DNA of 64,000 nt from an uncultured bacterium. Lineage in GTDB: Bacteria; Omnitrophota; Omnitrophia; Omnitrophales; JACQLI01. Positions 10,672 to 18,300 of this stretch are shown here, in pieces. The stretch covers positions 27,860 to 91,859 of the forward strand of contig CAYJTB010000001.1 in NCBI GenBank assembly GCA_964372875.1, given 5' to 3'. The position numbers and the translations under genes are program-made. The notes under the pieces are model-generated. The model was not told the origin of the DNA and made no database searches. It was given only the letters and a program-made list of their open reading frames with translations. Position 1 is the stretch's first letter. Each line of letters starts with the position of its first letter.

Positions 10672-11721
10672 GTGTTGCAAAAACCCATCATTGCGATCAC
10701 ACAGGGCGATCCCGGCGGGGTCGGTCCCGAAATCATCGCAAAGTCCCTCCAGCATCCTGAAAATTTTTCCGGCGTTTTTCTTCTTCTGATCGGCACCGCC
10801 GTGGTTTTTGAATTTGTCCAAGAAGAATTTGGCATCAAACTCCCTTTAAATCCCATCCCGACCTTGGATCCCCAATTTTTAAGAGACGATTCGCTTAATT
10901 TTTTGGATGTGACGGAAGAAGCGGGATGGCTTTTAAAAAAACACTCCCTGCCCCAGCCCGATGAAAATAATCTTTTTGATATCGGCAAAGTGTCTGCGAC
11001 TAACGCAGCCATGGCCTTGGCGGCCTTGAAGGCCGGGGCGTACCAGGCAGCCACGGGTCTTGTCAATGGACTTGTCACAGCACCTGTGAATAAAGAAGCC
11101 ATTCGACTTCTCGAGCCCAAATTTGTGGGGCATACGGAATATCTGGCCAGAATCGCCCGCACCAAAGAATTCGCCATGATGTTTCTCAAAGCTAAGGACG
11201 AGAGTTCGGGACCTTTGCGGGTGACACTCGTGACCATTCATGTCCCTTTAAAAAAAGTTTCCCGGCTCGTCACTGAAGATGCCATTTTAGAAAAAATCCG
11301 TCTCACACATCAGTTCTTAAAAACCCGCCTTAAAATCGCCAAGCCCCGAATCGGTGTTTCGGCTTTAAATCCGCACGGTCATGAGACGGGGGACGAAGAG
11401 GAAAGAGTGATTTTTCCGGCCATCAAAAAGGCCCAAGAGGAAAATATCTTGGCAAAGGGTCCGGTTTCAGGCGACCGGATTTTTTACGATGCCTCCAAGG
11501 GAATTTATGATGCGGTTATCTCGATGTATCACGACCAGGCGCTGGCGCCCTTTAAATTGGCGGCCTTTGAAACAGGTGTGAATTTAACGCTGGGGCTTCC
11601 CTATGTGCGCACATCGCCTGACCACGGAACCGCCTTTGATATTGCCTACCAGGGAAATGCCAATCCCAAATCCATACAAGCGGCTCTCGCGTTGGCAATT
11701 CAGCTTGTGAAGGTTCGCTGA
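10672..11721 (+). CDS. pdxA: 4-hydroxythreonine-4-phosphate dehydrogenase
   Basis: IAITQGDPGGVGPEI, GHTEYLA, NPHGHE, MYHDQALAPFK, VRTSPDHGTAFDIA: PdxA family signature. Confidence 0.9.
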   Translation: MLQKPIIAITQGDPGGVGPEIIAKSLQHPENFSGVFLLLIGTAVVFEFVQEEFGIKLPLNPIPTLDPQFLRDDSLNFLDVTEEAGWLLKKHSLPQPDENNLFDIGKVSATNAAMALAALKAGAYQAATGLVNGLVTAPVNKEAIRLLEPKFVGHTEYLARIARTKEFAMMFLKAKDESSGPLRVTLVTIHVPLKKVSRLVTEDAILEKIRLTHQFLKTRLKIAKPRIGVSALNPHGHETGDEEERVIFPAIKKAQEENILAKGPVSGDRIFYDASKGIYDAVISMYHDQALAPFKLAAFETGVNLTLGLPYVRTSPDHGTAFDIAYQGNANPKSIQAALALAIQLVKVR

Positions 11722-11744
11722 TTTATTTAAATTAAAAGAACTCC

Positions 11745-11877
11745 GTCATCCTGAATGAAGCGACACGTCTTCGAGTGCGGCAAAGCCGCGAAGCCGTGAG
11801 GATCTGCCTTGAGATTCTTTCCGCCAAAGGCGGGCCCGCCTCTGGCGGGCGGCCATAGCCCTCGGCCTCAGAATGAC
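11745..11877. repeat. MITE-like palindromic element, variant termini GTCATCCTGAA...CTCAGAATGAC, intergenic copy
   Basis: Terminal inverted repeats plus internal GC hairpins (GGCGGGCCCGCC...GGCGGGCGGCC); lies between the convergent stops of pdxA and the GT2 gene. Confidence 0.6.
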
Positions 11878-11884
11878 AGTTTGG

Positions 11885-13558
11885 TTAGTAAACCCGGGCG
11901 GCCCTTCTCTTTTTATTCTTTCCGCCTTTAGGCGCGACAAAAAATTCCATGTATTGGCCGAGGGCCAGGCGTGTCTGTGCATCGAGCGCAGGGACAGCAC
12001 CGAAGATGGTGGCAATGGCCGGGACAAGAAGCCATTGAAGAGCCAAGAAAATCTTTTCATAGAAGGGGACTTTCTTGGGGCGTTTGGGCAGGAGATAAAA
12101 ACTCAGGATAATCGAAATCACAAGGCTTGCGATAGCCATGTTGCAGATGACACCTGCCACCCGAGGCGCATTAAAGTGGGCGACGGTCAAATTGAATTCG
12201 TAATTGGGAACAAGGGCAGGCGCCCAGCTTAAGATCATCATGATGGGGGTCCAGGTGGCCCACGAGACATTCATCTCAAGAAGACGCAGCGCTCGTTTAA
12301 ATTTAAGCCAAAACGGGATCTCCTGATGCTTCAGCATGCCCCTCACGAGAATAGGAAAATTTTCGACCCCCCATGCCCAGCGTCTTTTTTGCCGGTAAAT
12401 GGATTGGCAGGTTTTCCACAAGTTCTCACCGATTGCCACATCCATCGACAACGTAACATAAAGAGGCTCCACCCGGTAATCGCCGTTAAAAATAAGAAAG
12501 GCCTTCCAGAAAATGGCAGAATCATCGGAAACCAGATCCACCGGCCAGTAACCTACTTCGACAAGCGCCTGAAAGCTCATGCTATGGCTTGAAAAGGTAA
12601 CCAAGTGGTCCGGGTCAGTGACTTCGATCAGCTGAAAATAAGAAGACCCTGTTTCTAACACTTGGGCAAAAGAGGGGGCCTCCCAGAGATTGTTATGATA
12701 AACGGGGATGGGCTGAAAACTGGTCCGGGTCCGTTTGGGATGAATCAAATAATTATAGGTGAGGCAAGAAAAATATTCGGTACTTACGACCGTATCCGAG
12801 TCAAAACAGGAAACCACAATGTGATCGAGCGGAGTCCCGCGCGCCTCGAAAAATTTCTTGGCCCAACGCGCGGCATACGTGGCGTTGGCGCCTTTGACCG
12901 CCGCCTCTCCTGGGAGCCCATCGGGATGAATACAGTTTTCAAAGTGGAGGAAATCTTTCGCGTATTCTTCTTTTAAGACCTCCGCAATACGGACCGCCTC
13001 TTTTCCTCCGCGTTCCTCAATCGCAAGGACCACCACGATGTGGTTTTTGGGATAATTCGTTTGTCTTAAAGCCTCAAGCGTGGGTTCTAAGACACTCAGA
13101 CCTTCCCAGAGATAGGGAATAATCACGAGATGATAGATATCTTTTGGATTGGGAAAATGGATTTTATCATGTTGGAGGCGTTTCAAAGTTGCGAGATGCC
13201 TTTTTTCTGAAAAATGAATTTTCCAACCAAGCTTGGGATCGCGAATCCTTTTTTGTGTCCTCGTTATGGCGCTCTCTAAATGGAGAAAATCTTGCAGCCG
13301 GTCAAACCATTGAGCGGTTCGTTCAATTTCAAGAAGCACATAAGAGAGCACCAAAAAAATGGTGAAATAAACCAGCCGGAAAAGCCAGTAGAGATCGAAA
13401 AGAATAACCGTCACAACCCCGGCGACCGGGGCCAAGATACATACGAGTGTAAAGGAAATAAGAAGACTCCAGCTAAGCACGGCGGGGAGGATTTCCAGGC
13501 CACGCTCCAACCGCCCTTCGTTTTTACCCAGATTGTGGCGGGAATATTCAAATTTCAT
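11885..13558 (-). CDS. processive family-2 glycosyltransferase (cellulose/chitin-synthase-like), multi-TM
   Basis: D,D,D and Q-x-x-RW motifs (CFDSDTV, YRQKRRWAWG), flanking TM helices; ATG 13558 forms an ATGA overlap with the upstream gene's stop, so it is preferred to the track start 13594. Confidence 0.8.
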   Translation of the reverse strand: MKFEYSRHNLGKNEGRLERGLEILPAVLSWSLLISFTLVCILAPVAGVVTVILFDLYWLFRLVYFTIFLVLSYVLLEIERTAQWFDRLQDFLHLESAITRTQKRIRDPKLGWKIHFSEKRHLATLKRLQHDKIHFPNPKDIYHLVIIPYLWEGLSVLEPTLEALRQTNYPKNHIVVVLAIEERGGKEAVRIAEVLKEEYAKDFLHFENCIHPDGLPGEAAVKGANATYAARWAKKFFEARGTPLDHIVVSCFDSDTVVSTEYFSCLTYNYLIHPKRTRTSFQPIPVYHNNLWEAPSFAQVLETGSSYFQLIEVTDPDHLVTFSSHSMSFQALVEVGYWPVDLVSDDSAIFWKAFLIFNGDYRVEPLYVTLSMDVAIGENLWKTCQSIYRQKRRWAWGVENFPILVRGMLKHQEIPFWLKFKRALRLLEMNVSWATWTPIMMILSWAPALVPNYEFNLTVAHFNAPRVAGVICNMAIASLVISIILSFYLLPKRPKKVPFYEKIFLALQWLLVPAIATIFGAVPALDAQTRLALGQYMEFFVAPKGGKNKKRRAARVY

Positions 13559-15036
13559 GGAGAATCCTTGGAGGCCGCGGAGGCGGAAACCCAATCATCT
13601 ACCAACCGGGGAAGAATATTTGCCGGCTCGAAAAGCTGGATCCGTGACAATCGGCGGGTAAGGGGATCCGCAAAATAAACAAACCCCCGTCTTTCATCCA
13701 AAGCAATTTGAGGGACTCTTTTTGAAATTTGGAAGAGAGGAACCGCTTGGCCATTGCCTTCAAAATCCAACACCTTTACCCAGCCGCCTTCTACAAATAA
13801 AAGATAATTGTCATTGTAAAACCAAGTGAGATTAGAAATTTTTTGCTCTCCCTGATAAATTTTTCGGGGGGAAACGCCGGTTTGGAAAAATTCTTTTTCC
13901 GGTTCACGCTCAAAATCGACCAGCCAAAGTTCAGAATCTTTCCGGTAGACAGCCCGCCTGTTGAAAACGGCCGTGACCACTTCCTCCACTCTCTTGTCCA
14001 GGTAATAGGGAAGCCGGTTGGAAAAAAGCTTGCCTTGATCCGACAAGAAAAGAGCAAACGCCTCATGAAGCGGAGTGAAGATAAAAGGCCGGGAGAGAAA
14101 ATAGAAGGAATAGCGTTCCCCCTCGTCAGGACCGAAAATAAGGTGCGCCTTGGCGGCCGTGCCCAATAACGTTTTCCGGATTTCCCCTTTTTCAGTTAAT
14201 TCGAATAAACGTCTTCGGGCATCCATCACAAAAAGTTTGCGTCTGTCCGTGGTATAGCCCCGAATCCCGCCCTGCACATCAAAGAGAGGAAACCGTTCTT
14301 CAAAATCCATTTTTTTGAGGGTATCGCCTTGAAGATAAAAGAGTGCATTTTTTTGAGAGGGGCCCCAACGAAACTTATCGAAGGGTTCCTGGAGACTTCC
14401 AGCAAGCGGAGTCAGTTCCATGGGACTCAGGAATTTCACAAGAAAAGGACGAATGCCTTCTTTTTGTTTCATGAAGGCCACGGCCTTTTCGCCTAAGGGA
14501 TGCATCAGGACTTCTCCCACTGGGAAATCATATTCGCCTGAAAAATTGGGGAAAATAGGCTCGAGTTGATTTCGCTCAGGTTCAAAAAGATAGAGCCCGG
14601 AGACGTGATCGCCTTGAAGGACTACAAGTTTTCTTGTCTGTGCAGCGTGCCAGATTTTTGTGATGGGAAAATCCGTGAGCTTCTCCGAATCAAACTGAGT
14701 GGGGAAGAGCAAAATATTTTCAAAAGAAAGGACCTTATCGGCTTTGACCTCCACTTGTTTTTGCCAAGGATGCATTCCCGGCAGGCTCAAGTGAAGGTTA
14801 TAAAAACCGGATTTAAGATTACGAATGACGACAGGGGTGGTGTCTTTCAAGACCCGGTGATTGAGCTCAACCTGGGCTTGGGAGGGGTGTGAATTAAGGC
14901 TGATCAGGCCGGTGAGGAGAAGCTTGGAATGGCTGGGGCTGAAAATATAGCCCAAGGCATAGAGCACGGTCAAAGGTGCTATCACAAGGTAGGCTACGGT
15001 AAAAACCAAGAAGATTGCTTTACGTAAAATTCCCAT
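13555..15036 (-). CDS. membrane-anchored PEGA-domain protein, function unknown
   Basis: N-terminal TM helix, then PEGA-like beta-sandwich (AQVELNHRVLKDTTPVVIRNLKSGFYNLHLSLPGMHPWQKQVEV); translationally coupled to the GT2 gene. Confidence 0.6.
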   Translation of the reverse strand: MGILRKAIFLVFTVAYLVIAPLTVLYALGYIFSPSHSKLLLTGLISLNSHPSQAQVELNHRVLKDTTPVVIRNLKSGFYNLHLSLPGMHPWQKQVEVKADKVLSFENILLFPTQFDSEKLTDFPITKIWHAAQTRKLVVLQGDHVSGLYLFEPERNQLEPIFPNFSGEYDFPVGEVLMHPLGEKAVAFMKQKEGIRPFLVKFLSPMELTPLAGSLQEPFDKFRWGPSQKNALFYLQGDTLKKMDFEERFPLFDVQGGIRGYTTDRRKLFVMDARRRLFELTEKGEIRKTLLGTAAKAHLIFGPDEGERYSFYFLSRPFIFTPLHEAFALFLSDQGKLFSNRLPYYLDKRVEEVVTAVFNRRAVYRKDSELWLVDFEREPEKEFFQTGVSPRKIYQGEQKISNLTWFYNDNYLLFVEGGWVKVLDFEGNGQAVPLFQISKRVPQIALDERRGFVYFADPLTRRLSRIQLFEPANILPRLVDDWVSASAASKDSP

Positions 15037-15085
15037 GTTGTTCTAACTCCCTATTGGGCCTCATTTTATGCTACTTGGGGGTCAT

Positions 15086-15114
15086 TTGACAAGTTACGTT
15101 CCAGAGGGTATCTT
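15086..15114 (+). promoter_or_regulatory. candidate sigma-70 promoter for the giant ORF
   Basis: TTGACA, 17 nt spacer, TATCTT, about 200 nt upstream of ATG 15316 in a 280-nt divergent intergenic region. Confidence 0.35.
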
Positions 15115-15213
15115 TTGTTACAGTGAAAGAAACTCTTAAGTGAATGTTCCTAAGGGGTTAGCACCTCGACTCTATTGATTTTTTTGGGGTATGCTCGGTG
15201 CTATGGTGAGCGA

Positions 15214-15242
15214 GATTGAAATTGGCGGTGCCAATTTCAATC
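15214..15242. promoter_or_regulatory. 13-bp-stem perfect hairpin/palindrome in the giant-ORF leader
   Basis: GATTGAAATTGGC ggt GCCAATTTCAATC; could be an operator or an RNA hairpin. Confidence 0.5.
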
Positions 15243-15315
15243 GTGTCGAACCATTAGCAACAACTCCAGGGAATTTTTTTACTCTGTAATTCAGACCTTT
15301 AGGAAAGATTAAACT

Positions 15316-18300
15316 ATGACCCTACGCGCGAAAAATTTTTATCTACGCACTGTCGCAGCTTTCACCGCAATCATTTTTTGCTGGAATAGCCTTGCTTGGC
15401 CGCTTCCCGAGGTTGCGGTTCCCCAGGCCGGCAAAACTTTCGATCTCATTCCAAAAGAACTCGGAACCGTCGATGAATACGAACTGCCGGACGCTTCACA
15501 TTCCGCACCCTTTGTCATACATATTCAAGATCTCCACGCAGCACCCGAAGCTCAAGAAAAAATCCTGGACATTCTTAAATTTTTACATTCAAAAAAGAAA
15601 CTTCTCGTAGCGGTCGAAGGAGCCGCCGGAACGCTTCATCCTGAGTATTTAGATTTCTTTCCGCAATACCCGCGTGTCACAAACGCACTCGTTCAAGATT
15701 TGGTAAGTGAGAGCATGCTTACAGGGCCGGCGTTATTCGCATGGGAGAGGTATGAGAGTAAGCCGTCATTGCACCCGTCATTGCGAGGACGTAAGTCCGA
15801 AGCAATCTCAAATCCTAGATTGCTTCGTCGGGCCTTTGGCCCTCCTCACAATGACAATAGCGTCCAATTCATAGGCGTCGAGACGCCGCGTCTTTATCGC
15901 GAAAACCTTAAAGCCTATCGCGATTTTTTCCAGGATGAAGAAAAAAATCAGCAGGATTTGAAATCTTTCCAAACCTCATTGGAATCGGCCCAAACGAAGA
16001 TTTTCAATCCTGATTTGAGGAAATTTGTCCAAGAAGTCCAGAGACGTAAAGATGGAAAGTTTCAATCGGGAAAGGCCTCGCCCGATCTTGCGGCTTACAT
16101 TCGCTTTCTCGCGGATTCAAGCCGAGATCATTTGGGAGTTGATCTAAGAGATAAATTCGAACAGATCCGTTTTCCCAATCTAACCCGCATTCTTTTCTTG
16201 ATGGAATTCGAATCAAAAATCACTGCTCACCAGCGCCGGGTTCTGCATTCTGAAATTGAATCCAAAAAACTTTTTGATGAAATCACACTTCTCGAAACAA
16301 GACTGCGGCAAATACTGGTTAAAAAGCCGGAAGAAACAAAACTTCTTGAGATCCTTGATGATTTCAAGTTGCTTGAGAAGTTATTCCATTTGGAACTGAC
16401 TCGCGAGGAATATTACCAAGTCGTCAACAGGGTTTTGGAAATCAATCCGTCGAATTTACATCAGCGTTTGGCAACCATTGCTGAGATTGCTTCGACCTCG
16501 TCTGAAATGTTGTCTCGCAATGACGCCGATTACGAAACTGCTCTGCGTTTTTACCGCTTAGCCATTCGCAGAGACAAAGCCCTTCTTGAAAATGCCTTGC
16601 GAGAGGCAGCTAAAACGGAGAACTCGTCTCAAGAAAAACCACTCATCGTTCTTGTTACCGGCGGTTTTCACACTTCAGGGGTGAGCGAGCTTCTCAAAGA
16701 AAAGAAAATTCCTTACGCCGTCGTCACGCCTGCCTTAGCAAAAACCAAAGCCAATCAAGACCAATATCACAAACTGATGTCCGGCAAAATGTTCGCCAAA
16801 GAAGCCTCAAGCGCTTCGCCCAAGAATAACAATCTGGTGTGGGCGCAGATTCTTACAGCAAGAGATCGGTACCCGAGCCTCAATTCCGACGAGGATCAGC
16901 AAAAAATATTTTCCCACGCGACTGAAAAGTCCGGCGAGTATTTTCGAAAATTCTATCCCCAAATCTCCGAACCCAAACTGCAAGAACTTTTATCTCGCCC
17001 CGCCGGATTCTTTTCGCAAATCTCCCGTTCCGAATTGCAAAGTAGGAGCCAGATTACGAATTCGGCCATCGATGGCCGAATTGGCGGGAAAAGGGTACTG
17101 CCTTCACGTTTTCCGCGCTCGGAAGTGCGGGCGGTAGAACAGCGATTAGAAGTCAGTGGTCAGAAGACAGAAGGCTGGAGTTCAAAGATAGGAAAAATTA
17201 TCAGGAATGGCAGCGATTTTGGACTATCGAGGGTTTTCCAGCGTAGTCAGGCGAAGAATTATCGAATTCCAAGCCGCTTAGAAAAATCTCGAGGTGAAAG
17301 AATAGAAATCTCTTTAAAGGTTTTCATCGATAGCAGATCGTGGTCTCCTGTGACAATGATCGTTGCTTTAGCTGAAAGAGCGCATTCCAGCACGGCATCA
17401 TCGTCCGGGTCACGGCAGGCCTTTACCTTTGTTTTAGGTTTGACTATCAAAGCTTTCATATGGATCAATGAAATCATTTCTTCAAGCATTTCAGGCGTGA
17501 TCCATTTCTTGAGTTTAGGTTTTTCCAGTGAGCGAAGAAAGTCTTCCAGTAAGGCCGGAGATAAAGCCGCAATGAACTTGTCTTCTTCCAGGGATTCCAG
17601 AATCGAACGGCAAACGCCCGGAAAGGCGAGTCCGCTCACCAGCACATTCACATCAAGAACGACCCGACGCATACCGTTCCTGCCGGGCTTGCTTGACCAG
17701 ATTCAGAAGCTCTTTTCGGCTGAGAGGGTGTTTCTTTCGGCTTTTATCAACTTTGCGGGTCAGAGAACGGAAGCGTTCTCCCCAGGTCTTATGTTCAAGA
17801 CGACGGATCAGGGTAATGCGGTCACGGGATTTCAATTGATTGATCATGCGCTCAATTTGTTGAATGTCTACTTCCACGGCAATCTTAGGCATAGGATTTT
17901 ATCCTCCTCTTCGAATCAGTATAATTTATCGGCCTTGGCGGATCAAAATCAAAACATTTCTTCCGTTAAGCCTTCTAAGCAAAGTTCGACAGAACCGAGC
18001 CGAAGGGCCGCTTCCGGCCCCGAGAGCCGTCAGTCTCCGATCCTAAGCGTCGATAGACCCGGAGGGGCCCGTGGGGAGGTGCGGGCAAAAGAACAGAGGT
18101 CAGAAGTCAGAGAGCAGAGGATAGAGGTCATAAGTCAGAGATCAGAAGGAAAAATTACTTCGAGTGGCGGCGATTTTGGTAGCGTTCGATCAGGTACATC
18201 ACGCCCCAGGCAAGAAATATCAAAACCAAAACAAGAGACACGGTTATCACGTTTTATTTACCCCTTTTCCGAATCTCTTGGGCAAGCCATCCAAGAAATA

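Larger units (their letters stand above)
17116..18084 (-). mobile_element. antisense cassette 1: junction, 3'-flank repeat, PIN toxin-antitoxin pair with its own promoter/RBS
   Basis: Bounded by junction copies at 17116 and 18070. The 3' flank (GAACAGCGATTAGAAGTCAG...GGAAAAATTA...GGCAGCGATTTTGG) recurs at 18085 and 26140. Minus-strand TATACT -10-like box and GAGGAGGA RBS lie before ATG 17892. Confidence 0.45.
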
